Source: Mytilus californianus (lineage: Eukaryota). Taken from it: a DNA stretch of 64,000 nt. Both the position numbers and the translations under genes were made by a program. The stretch's first letter is position 1. The number at the start of each line of letters is the position of its first letter. Below the pieces are notes generated by a model. It did not search any database. It saw only the letters and a list, made by a program, of their open reading frames with translations, and was not told where the DNA came from. Below are positions 9,656 through 22,140 of this stretch, piece by piece. Location of the stretch: positions 46,996,001-47,060,000 of the forward strand of contig NW_026262593.1 in the NCBI RefSeq assembly GCF_021869535.1, written 5' to 3'.

Positions 9656-11364
9656 CACCGTGCTTAAACGGCTGTGGGTAACTTAAGTTACCCACAGCCC
9701 AAGATGGCGGTCTCTAAACTCGTTGATATTATATAATTGATACAAAATCTGCTTTTTGCGACGTTTTTCATGAACTATCTAAATATTTATAGGATTCTTG
9801 AATAAAGAAATCACTTACCATTACCATAAATTTGTTAATTTTGAGTTCATTTAAGCGCAAGGCCAACTTTAAAAAATGCATACGATGTCCGTAACTTTAT
9901 GGTCAAAACTAATCAGACTGTCCGTAACTTTATTTTCGAATGTGGGTAACTTTTGTTTTCAAAATTGTAAGATTGGTAATTTCAACAATTAAAGGACAAT
10001 AAACACTATCAAATCCCGTATTTATTACCTAGTTTTATACTATTACGATATGCGTCAAAATAACCAAGAGAAAAGAGAACATAGCTGTAAAAAATCATAC
10101 CCGAGTTTAACGGATTTACCGTTGTTTTTTTTTCAATTTATTCCCGATTTTCGAATAATATGTTGATAGATTAAACCAGTAAACCTGGTTAGCAGCATCC
10201 AAAGTATACTTTGCAGAGTGTTTACATAAAACAAGATCTGATGGTACGGCGAAATTTATCTTCTGGCTTTATAGATTGTTCACTATTGAGTCCTTGGCCC
10301 TTTAGCCGCGGGAAAAATTGATACCTTTTCCTTTAGTTTCCGAATTGTTAGCCAAAAAGTTATGGTCTCCATTATACCTAGTGTTATGAAACATCTTAGA
10401 GTAAATGGAAGGCTAAATTGTTGAACAGGTGTCCGTTTATAACAGCAATTAAGGTAGATTTAAAATCTTCTAAACGTTTCATTGACCTCAGGGATTCAAT
10501 AACACTTGCTATCAAAGCGTAAGTATCTTCTTCAGGGGTCTGGACAGCTCCGTCTATGAATTTCCGCTCAGGAATGACATCTGAACTTGTTCTCTTAAAG
10601 GTGATTTTAGTATGTTCACTTTTAATGTATGGTTTAAAGCCTTTAGTAATTTGATCTGAATTTGTGATATCTGCAGTGGGAAGTGGTGAGATTTATCAGC
10701 TGCATGTCCTGATTTTTCGTCCAAAACGTGTTTCCTTATGCTAAAATTTGAAGTTCCATTGTGTTGGCTGATTGAGTGATAAACATGGTATCTATGTCAC
10801 TAGATAAACTAACACATGTAATTTAAAAACAAATTTCTAGTTTATTAGCTGGGTACAATACCAGAAATCATGGAATTCACAAAAGAATTATATCATACTA
10901 GAAATCTACTTTATTTCTGATTATATATTCGATGCAATTTCTATAATACTAGTATGTTTAATTATTACATCCATGAATATCGATTCTTTGAAAGTTACAG
11001 CTGGGACTATTATACTATAATATATTATGTCCCAGGTTACGGACATCATGTTAAAGTTACGGACATACCGTTAAAGTTACGGACATCCCTATTGGTATAA
11101 TGAAAAAAGTTACGGACAAGTTGTTTTCAAGTTACGGACATCCTAAGTGTTTTCGAAAATCGTAATGTGATCGTTTATTTTGCAGTATTTAATCATCTTT
11201 TATGTTTAGGTGTTTCCCTAAAAGATTGATACAACTTTTTAATTACTGAACATTTGTGTTGTTTTCATTGTATTGTTATTATATAGGAGAGAAGTTTCTT
11301 ACCGAAGCCAGGCGCCTCCATCTTGGGCTGTGGGTAACTTACCCACAGCCGTTTAAGCACAGTG
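9656..11364. mobile_element. Non-autonomous DNA transposon with CAC...GTG termini and 5-bp TSD (Transib/RAG-like structure)
   Basis: Left end CACCGTGCTTAAACGGCTGTGGGTAA; right end read inward CACTGTGCTTAAACGGCTGTGGGTAA. AACAC is duplicated at 9651-9655 and 11365-11369. Subterminal TGTCCGTAAC (left) and GTTACGGACA (right) repeats. Decayed coding-like interior. Confidence 0.85.
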
Positions 11365-12797
11365 AACACGCTTGAACGTAAAAAGGTGTACCCGATTTTC
11401 TCTTTTGATAAGATGAATACCCATTTTGGTTATTTTACCCCAAAAACTACATGAAATGTAATTTACTGCTTGAAAAAGATCAAACAGTATAATTCGACAA
11501 TTAGAAGAAAACAGTTGGATTATCACAAATCGGCACTAAAAGAATTCCAATACTGATGGGAGGACTTTGTGTTTCTAGCTCAGATTTTGAATTAAAAATT
11601 AAAGAAAACCAACTAACGAATAATGAATTTATATTTTTTTTCTACCTAATCTGCTGAGTCAAACAAAGTTTTACGAGGGAGTCTTTTTCTTCTATGGGAT
11701 ATCCATCCTATTTGCAGGGTCGCCATATAAAAAATATATGCGTTTATTTTTTAAATATAATTTACCTCGTTAATATAGTTATAAATGTTAAATTAAATTC
11801 ATTTAGTGTATTTTGACATTTTGATACGGTCCCTCTATTTTTTTAGTCAGTGTAGGTGTCGGTGTCGGTATAAGTGTCCGTGTAGATGACTTTTCGAAAA
11901 TGTCTAATAAAATAACATGATAAACGAAGGTGATAAATACTGAAGTGGACCCAGGTTAATATACTAAACCAAAGCCATTATCACCTTATCAAATGTACCG
12001 AGCGCAATTATTATCGATATATATAAACTTTAGGTAGTCAATATATAAATAACACATAGATGAGATGGTAATTTGGAATGTTATTAAATGATATTTTGAC
12101 GAAAATCAGCATACGCAACACTGATGACCGCGCCCGGTTTATATAAATACAGCTTTTCGGCTCAGTCTATTACTGAAAAATACGTATGTTGATGTATAGG
12201 ACTTATTTTTATTCAATTTTTAAATTTAATTGACATGAACAAATGTTTTGTTGTTACCGCAAGAAAAACATTGTCAATCGAGGCGAAGCTGTGTAATAAT
12301 GACTTTTTCAGCAATATTGGTCATAAACGGCATGTTACATCATTGTCCCAGGTTAGGGGACAGTTTATAGCGCTCGCAAACATGTTCAACCCCATCACAT
12401 TTCGTATGTGCCTGTCCGAGGTCAGTAATCTATCATTCAGTGGTTTTCGTTGGCTGATGTCTGTCAAATTCGTTTTTTGTTAATTTATTTGTACATAAAT
12501 CAGGCCTTTGGTTTCTCGTTTAAATTATTTCACATTTTGTCATGTCGGACCTTTTATATCTTACTATACGGTATGGGTTTTGCTCATTGTTGAACGCCGT
12601 ACGGTGACTGACCTTCAATAGTTAAGATTAGAATCGAATGTTACCGCCACGATGAACAGAGGAAAACGACTTATAGTTCTTTAAAATTAATTATGAAACA
12701 ACGTATTCCCCTATGATTTTATTATTAATTATATTCTTATACTACAGATAAAATCAATAATTCAAACATCAATACAGGGAATACAAAATTTTGAACA

Positions 12798-12917
12798 TCA
12801 GTTACATGGCTCAATAAGTCGCCATTTACATTCCTGGCCAGCATCTCTTTCACACACAGCGTTGGCTTTGTAACAGTCGTTAACAAGACGTCGGTCACAT
12901 TTCTTAAAACCAGTGTT
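12798..12917 (-). CDS. TIMP-like protein, last coding exon (C-terminal Cys-rich subdomain)
   Basis: Acceptor CCAG at 12919-12918, phase 0. NTGFKKCDRRLVNDCYKANAVCERDAGQECKWRLIEPCN then TGA. The A-x-C...C-x-W pattern matches the TIMP C-terminus. Confidence 0.75.
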   Translation of the reverse strand, partial: NTGFKKCDRRLVNDCYKANAVCERDAGQECKWRLIEPCN

Positions 12918-13009
12918 CTGGTGTAGATAACAGCAATATGAAAAATATAAATACATAAATGTTAAAATCAATAATAAGTATTAAATGAACTAATCATAGA
13001 GAAGCACCT

Positions 13010-13200
13010 TAAAATTTGGACGCAGGACGCGCGTTTCGTCTACAAAAGACTCATCAGTGACGCTCGAATAAAAAAGATAATAAAAGGCCAAGTAAAGTAC
13101 GAAGTTGAAGAGCACTGAGGACCAAAAATTCCGATAGGTTTTGCCAAAAACAGCTAAGGTAATATCTATCCCTGGGGGTAGAAACCTTAACTTCATCTGC
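13010..13200 (-). mobile_element. Short repeat ending in a minimal type I hammerhead ribozyme motif (Penelope pLTR/retrozyme-like)
   Basis: Minus strand reads GAGCGTCA-CTGATGA(13057-13051)-GTC-TTTTGTA-GAC-GAAA(13037-13034)-C-GCGC-GTC-CTGCGT. The catalytic core, 3-bp stem II and palindromic loop III are intact; stem I is partly mismatched. Confidence 0.75.
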
Positions 13201-14276
13201 TATTATATAATACACATGTACACATGTCTGTCATATTTTATTTCGGTAATCGTGCATCACCACAACCATATGTACTGCAGTCGTCCGGTCGAAATATATA
13301 ATCAATAGGCAAATTATTTAGAATTGTTTGTTTCAATCTGAAATTGATAGCCAAGAATGAAGAATTTAATTGAAATTGAAAATCAAATACAAATTATTCA
13401 TTTAAATAGCCCTTTAAATATATCCTTTTTGTAATCAAATTAATAATATAATAACCTGTAATAAGCATTTGTCTTCTTTTTATCTTGGCTTTGGGTTAAA
13501 CAAAGTTAAGGGCTCTGAAGCATGTAAAAGGACGTATCTGTAGTGTATTAAAAATTCGTTGAACCAGTATTTGAAGTCACCTCCACATTATAAAGAGTAC
13601 AGTATTCTCTGCTTCCGATAATTATTTCAGGCTTGCAATGACAGAACTCAAAGCCGTAGTATGTGGATGCAACTTGGGAATATTTTGTTAAAAAAAATAC
13701 AGATGAGCTCACTATAATATCAACGTGAATCAAAGAAGAGATATCGTTTCATATGCCAGTTGATTTTAGTGCAGGGAAAAATTGTCCGGTGGAACAATTC
13801 TATATTTTTATATGGTTCATTTAAAAACGACATTTGTGCTTCTCATATGTCTATGGACATAAACAACGAAATGAGTTATTCCAAAATGTCTTTAAAGATT
13901 TGAAAAAGAGGCGGAAGATACCAATGGGACATTCAAAACTTATAAGTCGAGCTAAACTAACAATGCCATGGCAAAAACACGAAAGTGCATCGATACTGGT
14001 GTGAGTTTAATGAAATATATAATGAATGAAAGCATGAATATCAAAAAGTCATTAAAAATAGTAAATATAAGCCAAAATTATCAAAGAAAAATTTTCCTGA
14101 GTGAGTTACAACCTCCATTTCAGTACAACTACAACAGGAAAGATAAAAATAGGAAAAGTAGTTATCTCCTGTGCCGTTTTCAACCGACTCGCAATGTCAG
14201 CTTATAGATGCAAGCTAAGGTAGATGTATCAGACCTTTTTGTATTTGTAATTCATATTACTTCAAGTTCAATAGAA

Positions 14277-17200
14277 ACTAGACTTGTAATTGCGAGCAAT
14301 AACGGATGGCACCCTCGTTCTCCCATTGCCAGGGTAACGGCAGTCATTTTGAAATTCCAAAGTCAAAGAGTGCATCTACACATGCAAATTATCATTTTTG
14401 TAAAGTTTCATTTAGTTTGGAGCATTTTGAAATTTTTGACATTTTTGCTGTTTCCATGGTTACGGCAGCCTTTTTGAAAATTCCAACTTCAAAATGCAAC
14501 TCTGCCCATGCCAGTTACTATTTCTGTAAAGTTTCATCCTTTTGATTTTTTTTGCTGCATCCATGGTTACAGTGGATAATTCCAAAATTCTAAAAGCAGA
14601 CATCTCATTGCCACATGTCATGTTATATATCAGTACAGTTTCATTGACTTTGGTGAAATACTCTTTAAGAAAATGCTGATTTTATGCATTTTCCCATAGG
14701 ATCAATGTAAAACTTGCCCCCAGTTTCCATGACAACGGCGGCCATTTTGGAGTATCCAAATATTGTCTTAACATCTTGGCATACTGGGTAACATTTTCAT
14801 AAAGTTTCATCCAGTTGGGTTTTATAACGGAAGAGTTAGAATTTTTGATATTTTAGCTGTTTCCATGGTAACGGCAGCCATTTTGAAAATTCCAAAGTCA
14901 AACTGCAAATCAGCACATGCCAGTTAACATTCCTGTGGAGTTTTTTCCAGTTTGGAACACTTTGATTTTTTTCGCATTTTTGCTGTTTCCATGGAAACGG
15001 CGGCCATCTTTTACCATTCCATAGCAAGGTGCACAACTTTACATGGGGGTCTTCATTATAGTAGAGTTCCATCAACATTGGTTCATTGGATTCCAAGAAC
15101 TCGCTTGGACAAAATGTGTGGAGAAAAATAATAAAAACTAGAATTGCAATTGCAAGCAATAGCGGATGTCACCCTTCCCCCATTGCCACTAAGCGGCAGC
15201 CAATTCAAAATTTTAAACAGTGGTTGCACATATATGCATTGCTATACACCTTTCTGCAAATTTTCAGTACATTAAAGGCTTTTTCAATTTTTCTCATTTT
15301 TGATGTTTCCATGGCAACGGCGGCCATTTTGGAAATTCCAAAGTGGAGAGTCTCATCTTTACTTGCCAGTTCACATTTATATTAAGTTTCATTAAATTTG
15401 GAGCATTTTTTGAAATTTTTGAAAGTTTTGCTGTTTCCATGGTAACGCTTATTAATTCCAAAATTCCAGAGACATATGCCACACTGACTGATGACATGTT
15501 ACATATGATTGCAGTTTCATTTGGTTTAATCTTATATTCTTTAAGAAAATGCACCTTTAATATGTTTTCCCGTAGGGTCAATGTTAAACTTTTGCCAAGT
15601 TTCCATGGCAATGGCAGCCATTTTGGAATTTCTAAATATAGTCGGTGCTTCCACACATACCAGGCAACATTTCCATAAAGTTTCATTTGGTTTGGTCTAA
15701 AAGAATTGGCTTTTTGAAATTTTTTCACATTGTTGCAGTTTCCATGGAAACGGTGGCCATTTAAAAAATTCCAAATGTGTCCTGCATAACTAGAGTTGGT
15801 GGTCCTCATTATGGTACCCACTCATTATGATTGGTCCACTAATCTATGAGAAAACTCTAGGACAAAAAGGTGGAATAATAATAATAATAACTAGATTTGT
15901 AATTGCTAGCAATAACGGATGGCACCCTTCCCCCTTTGCCAGGTGAGCGGCAGCCATTTTGAAAATTCCAAAGTCAAAGAGCGCATCTACAGATGTCTAT
16001 TAACATTGTTGTAAATTTCATCAATTTTGGAGCATTTTGAAATTTTTGAATTTTTTTGCTATTTCCATGGTAACGGGTACAATTTCCGAAATTCCAAAAA
16101 ACAGGTGCCACTTTGGGATATGCCATGTTACATATCCATTAAGTTCTAGAAGGTTTGATCTAACATTCTTGCAGGAAATGCAGCTTCAATGTGTTTTCCC
16201 ATAGGGTCAATGTTAAACTTTCGCCCTGTTTCCATGACAATGGCGGTCATTTTGGAATTTCCTAATATTGTCACAACATCTAGGCATACTAAGGAACATT
16301 ACCATAAAGTTTTATCCAGCTAGGTCTTATAATGAAAGATTTAGAATTTTGAAATTTTTTCACTGTTTTGCAGTTTCCATGGAAACGGTGGCCATATTAA
16401 AAAATTCCAGAGTCAGATGCACAACTTCACATGGGGGTCCTCATTATAGTAGAGTTCCATTAACATTGTATCACTCAATTCTGAAATGTGTGGAAGAATA
16501 ATAAAAATAGTAAGAAAAAAAAGAAACGTAGAATAACAATATGTCACCCCAACTCCGTTGAGGGTGCCATAATAATAAAGAAACGGAGGAAAAGCAATAT
16601 GTCACCCGACATTGTCGTACGGGTGACATAACTAGATTTGCAATTGCAAGCAATAGCGATTGGCACCCTTCTTCCCCCGTTGCCAGGTGAGTGGCAGCCA
16701 TTTAGAAAATTCCAAAGTCAAAGAGGGCATCTACACATGCAAATTATCCTTTTTGTAAATTTTCATTAAGTTTGGAGCATTTTGAAATTTTTGACATTTT
16801 TGCTGTTTCCATGGTTACGGCCGCCATTTTGAAAATTCCAACTTCAAAATGCAACTCTGCCCATGCCAGTTACCATTTCTATAAAGTTTCATCCCGTTTG
16901 CAGCTTTTTTATTTTTTTTAGAAATTTTGGACATTTTTGCTGCATCCATGGTTACAGTGGATAATTCCAAAATTCTAAAAGCAGACATCTTATTGCCACA
17001 TGTCATGTTATATATCAGTACAGTTTCATTGACTTTGGTGAAATACTCTTTAAGAAAATGCTGATTTTATGCGTTTTTCCATAGGATCAATGTTAAACTT
17101 GCCCCCAGTTTCCATGACAACAGCTGCCATTTTGGAGTATCCAAGTATCGTCTTGGCATTTTGGCATACTAGGTAACATTTCCAGTAAGTTTCATCCAAT

Positions 17201-18590
17201 TGAGTCTTATAATGAAAGATTTAGCATTTTTCACAATTTAACTGTTTCCATGGTAACGGCAGCCATTTTGAAAATTCCAAGTTCAAAATGCAGCTCAGGC
17301 CATGCCAGTTACTATTTTAGTGAAGTTTCGTACAGTTTGGAACACTTTGAATATTTTCGGATTTTTGCTGTTTCCATGGAAACGGCAGCCATCTTGACCA
17401 TTCCAAAGTCAGGTGCACAACTTCACATGCTGGTCTACATTATGGTATAGTTCCATCAACATTGGTCCATTAAATTCTAAGAACTTGCGTGGACAAAATG
17501 TGTGGAAGAAGATTTAGGAAAAAAAGAATCGTAGAATAACAATACGTCACCCCAACTCCGTTGAGGGTGCCATAACTAGATTTGCAATTGCAAGCAATAG
17601 CGGATGGCACCCTTCCCCCGTTGCCAGGTGAGTGGCAGTCATTTAGAAAATTCCAAAGTCAAAGAGTGCATCTACACATGCAAATTATCCTTTTTGTAAT
17701 GTTTCATTAAGTTTGGAGCATTTGAAATTTTGGACATTTTTGCTGTTTCCATGGTTACGGCGGCCATTTTGAAAATTCCGACCTCAAAATGCAACCATGC
17801 CTATGCCAGTTACCATTTCTGTAAAGTTTCATCCAGTTTGCAGCATTTTGATTTTTTTTGAAATTTTGGACATTTATGCTGCAGCCATGGTTACAGTGGA
17901 TAATTCCAAAATTCTAAAAGCAGACATCTCATTGCCACATGTCATGTTATATATCAATACAGTTTCATTGACTTTGGTGAAATACTCTTTAAGAAAATGC
18001 TGATTTTATGCATTTTCCCATAGGGTCAATGTTAAACTTGCCCCCAGTTTCCATGACAACGGCGGCCATTTTGGAGTATCCAAATATTGTCTTGACATCT
18101 TGGCATACTGGGTAACATTTTCATTAAGTTTCATCCAGTTGGGTCTTATAACGGAAGAGTTAGAATTTTTGATATTTTAGCTGTTTCCATGGTAACGGCA
18201 GCCATATTGAAAATTCCGAAGTCAAACTGCAAATCAGCACATGCCAGTTACCATTCCTGTGGAGTTTCTTCCAGTTTGGAACACTTTGTTTTTTTGGCAT
18301 TTTTGCTGTTTCAATGGAAACGGCGGCCATTTTTTACCATTCCATAGCAAGATGCACAACTTTACATGGGGGTCCTCATTATAGTAGAGTTCCATCAACA
18401 TTGGTCCATTGGATTCCAAGAACTCGCTTGGACAAAATTTGTGCAAGAAAAATAATAAGAAAAAAAAGAAACGTAGAATAACAGTATGTCACCCCCAACT
18501 CCGTTGAGGGTGCCATAATAATAATAATAAGGGAAAAAAAAGAAACGTAGAATAACAATATGTCACCCCAACTCCGTTGACGGTGCCATT
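14277..18590 (+). mobile_element. Five head-to-tail Helentron-associated (HINE-like) non-autonomous elements with internal subrepeats
   Basis: Unit starts ACTAGA(T/A/C)TTG(C/T)AATTGC at 14277, 15137, 15890, 16631 and 17575. Internal subrepeats carry TTTCCATGGYAACGGCRGCCATTTTG. 3' hairpins CACCCCAAC-TCC-GTTGAGGGTG at about 16545, 17548, 18490 and 18563. Confidence 0.75.
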
Positions 18591-19618
18591 ATCACCAAAG
18601 AATGATTTTATTCAATGAGAAGATATCAACTATATAGCGGAATGTAAAAAGGGATAATGCTAGCCTCTTTTCTTTTATTTCTTGACAAGTCCCAAGCCTG
18701 TGCTATGTCTGCCTCACACGAATGAAATAAAAGGTAAACAAGAAGTTGAACACAATAGGTTTCCATATAAGAATGCCGGTCGTAACAAAAATAGTCTATC
18801 AAATAACCAAGCATCTTAAAATAAGTTTTGGGGAATTTTTCAAAGAATCAGATTGGTTTTTACAATATGCATGTAATCTTCTCCTAAAACAAGTCAGAAC
18901 TTGGCAGTTATGTAAAACCAATTAATATTTTTTATGAAAAACTGTTTGTTTTCATGATTAATTGGAAAAATTGTAATGCCTGTAGAAGTCAAATGTTTGT
19001 TTATATTATTGCATGAGAAACGTTTAAAAAAAGAGGCGGACGATACCATACCGAAGAGAGACTAACACAGTCATGGCAAAACAAAATTAACGAAGAGAGC
19101 GAGACAAACACCAGTATACAAAACACTACATAAATATAATAAAGACTGAGTAACACGCGTATGTCCCTCACATAAAACCGGGTGATATCAGGTGCTCCGG
19201 AAGAGTAAGCATAACCTGCTCCATATGCGACACTCGTCGTGATGAAGACTGACATTGATTATTTGTACTACACAATGTATATCAATATTGTGTTTTACGG
19301 TATGTGTTGTAAACATCATTCTATAACCAGCACATCCGATCCTGATATCCAAAATTGATTGGATGTTTTGTAAAAAAAAGGTGGGAGAAGATAAAAAGAA
19401 GACCATATGAAACCAATAAAAACAGACAATGTCATGTTCAAAAAGTACATCAACGAAAAGGCAAAGACAGCCACTAAACGTTTAGCAACAATAACCTCAC
19501 CAAAAAAACACAGTGTGTGAGCTCAGTAGAGCTCCGGAAGGGTCAGTAGTTCCTGCTCCACTAGTGACTTTGTTGTAGTGTCTATTTTATGTCACCAAGT
19601 TTAATATATGCTACTTAC

Positions 19619-19743
19619 AAATCCCCCGCATCCATCACAATCGTAAAGGCCACGGAAACCACGTTTCTGTGTTTCTGTGAAGGTATTAAATGGTGCAATC
19701 CAGTCAATACTAGTTAATTCCTGTGGCTCACCAGGGACTCGTC
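19619..19743 (-). CDS. TIMP-like protein, coding exon 5
   Basis: Acceptor TACAG at 19745-19744 (phase 1), donor GTAAGT at 19618 (phase 0). RVPGEPQELTSIDWIAPFNTFTETQKRGFRGLYDCDGCGGF resembles the TIMP segment ITLCDxIxPWxxLSxxQK...Y..GC.C. Confidence 0.8.
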
Positions 19744-19905
19744 CTGTAGAAATGATATGTTATCAAAGTTACTATTTAGTCTTTCTTGTTTAGGCACCGA
19801 CCATTCGTATTTTGTAGGGGTCATATTTGTTTCAATAATAAACAGGAACAAAATATATTTTGTAAACTCAGTTTGGAATGTAAAGTTTTTCTGCTAATTT
19901 CCAAG

Positions 19906-20219
19906 ACGAGGGTTGAGATCTCAAAAAAACATGTTTAACCCCGCCGCATGTTTGCGCCTGTCCCAAGTCAGGAGCCTCTGGCCTTTGTCAGTCTTGTATC
20001 ATTTTTAATTTTAGTTTCTTGTGTATAATTAGGAGTTTAGTATGACGTCCATTATCACTGAACTAGTATACATATTTGTTTTTGGGCCAGCTGAAGGACG
20101 CCTCCGGGTGCGGGAGTTTCTCGCTGCATTGAAGACCCATTGGTGGCCTTCGGCTGTTGTCTGCTCTATGGTCGGGTTGTTGTCTCTTTGACACATTCCC
20201 CATTTCCATTCTCAATTTT
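19906..20219 (+). repeat. Young interspersed repeat, longer copy
   Basis: The 3' about 210 bp are nearly identical to 5433-5647. Confidence 0.8.
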
Positions 20220-21322
20220 AAACATACAATTTTTCCCTTCCTTTCATGATTTTTTTTATTAGTTGTTACTGGCTTTGAAATAGCTGTCAGTAACTGCGAG
20301 TACTCTCAGTTCTGTACTTAGTGTCTTTTTTGTTGTGGGTCTGTGTTTTTGTTACTTGTTTTTCTGCTTTGTATCGATCTGATGAGTTAAGCCCTTTTTA
20401 ACTGATTTTTATAGTTTGTTGTTCATATGTTGTGCTGTTACACCACTGTCCCAGGTTACGGGGAGAATTAGGCGCCCGCAAACCTGTTTAACCCCGCCAC
20501 ATTCTGAATATGCCAGTCATGGCCTAAGTCAGGAGTCTATAATTCAGTGGTTGTCGTTGGTTCATGTCTGTCATATTTGTTTTTCGTTCATTGTTTTTTT
20601 TTATGAATTAGGCCTTAGTTTCCTCAATGGAACTGTTTCACATTTTTCATGTCTGAGCCTTTTATAACCGACTATATTGTATGGGTTTTTCTCATGAAGG
20701 CCGTACGGTTGACTGTTATTGCTTACATCCACTTCATTTGAACTTGGGTGAATAGTTTTTTCATTGGCCATCATACCACATCTCCTTATTTTAATTTTTG
20801 TATAAGTACCGATAGGATGTAGGACCTAAGTGTTCATTTCTGTTTAGGAATGAATATATAGTTATAATTCAATTGATCAATAAAAAAATCAATGCTAGAA
20901 CCGATAATTATACACCTTCAAAAAATGGAGACAGATATTTGATTGGCTGATGTGAAATTACCAGAACGGAAAAAAGAACGGAAAGTTGTTCGATCGTTGT
21001 AGACACGGGGTTTGTATTTTTATCAGATTGAGAAAAATCGCGACAGTATGCGTTTGATTCTTGCCATCAGCTTGTAAATATATAATTTATAAATAGATAA
21101 AATCAGAGATAAATTTGAATATTAAATACAACATAATAATATTTAAACTGAATTTTGACAATTCTTACTGTAATAACTAATCCTCTTTTAAAATATAGGA
21201 AAATTAACATTACGTTTTTTAAAATCCATTATAACTTAATTTTATGCTTAAAAAATTTGCACCATGGTCAACAAGGAGAGACAGATATGAGTTATCACAT
21301 AAATGAACACAATAACGCTTAC

Positions 21323-21464
21323 CATATACAGTGAAAATGTAGTAGTCAACATGATTTTCCAGGTCAACGGTGCACTTGACTTTTTTGTAATTTGTCCAAA
21401 ATGTTACCAAAGCACCAGGGACAACATCCGTATAATTGGCAAAGATGGTCACTTCCTTTGGTCT
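21323..21464 (-). CDS. TIMP-like protein, coding exon 4
   Basis: Acceptor TTACAG at 21466-21465 (phase 0), donor G|GTAAGC at 21322 (phase 1). RPKEVTIFANYTDVVPGALVTFWTNYKKVKCTVDLENHVDYYIFTVY aligns by eye to TIMP IYT...CGVxL....YLI. Confidence 0.8.
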
Positions 21465-22140
21465 CTGTAAGATATTAAGGGTCTACTAATGATAATTCAG
21501 TACAATTCACCTTTTTTTCCCAGAATGCGGCAAGATCCCAGATATAATTCATTTTTGCATATTTAACGTGTAGTGGCAAATATTTCATACGATTTCAGGA
21601 CGAGAACAAATTATGATCAATCAAAACAACAAGTAAAAAAATTGGACTGTCAATGGAAAATGAGGGCATGTTGATAAGAGGCAGAAATGTTCCTGACGTC
21701 AGGACACCTACGGATTCCCAATAAATATTTAAACCACTGTTCTTTAATTGCAGAAAGAATTTTACTATCTCCATACGACGTCCACAGCCTATTTTTCCTA
21801 TCTGTGAATGACCAATTACCTTTGATGACTATGGTGTTAAAAACTGTTTTCAGTTTCCCTTCGGCTTATGAGTTTTGAATGTCCCCTTGGTTATGTTTAA
21901 TTTATAGACCTTAACAAATGTTTTAGAGATAATCCCTTTCCTTAATTTGTTTGTTTAAAAAATATTGTTTTGCTAGGTAATCAACAAAAAAACCTGCAGT
22001 TTTCTAATATATTTTATACGGACTTACCATTTATGTTTCATTTATAATGTTAATGTACCAGAGTCTGACTATTCTTCGAAGTTTTGTCCACATTTTTTAC
22101 ATTTTTTTGTTTTGATAACTTATCGATTCGTTTAAATTAC

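Noticed and set aside
13548-13733. Cys-containing ORF (YYGFEFCHCKPE...YCTL) as an extra TIMP-like exon
   Set aside because: The available acceptor gives phase 1, incompatible with the phase-0 donor at 19618, and the ORF ends in a stop. The exon at 12798-12917 fits phase and Cys parity better.
14208-18446. Many 60-175 aa ORFs on both strands
   Set aside because: All derive from the tandem HINE-like subrepeats (recurring LPLPWK / AVSMVT).
20085-20155. GC-rich structured segment (GGGCCAGCTGAAGG...CCTTCGGC) as an HDV-like ribozyme
   Set aside because: A P2-like pairing exists, but I could not build P1/P3 in the required nested order. An Infernal/RNArobo search would be needed.
20270-20410. CTGATGAG plus GAAA-TAGCT-GTC in the Penelope-associated 3' repeat (also 1670, 24385) as a permuted hammerhead
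   Set aside because: CTGATGA lies inside an inverted repeat with CTCTCAG(A/T)TC, and stems I and II do not form correctly.
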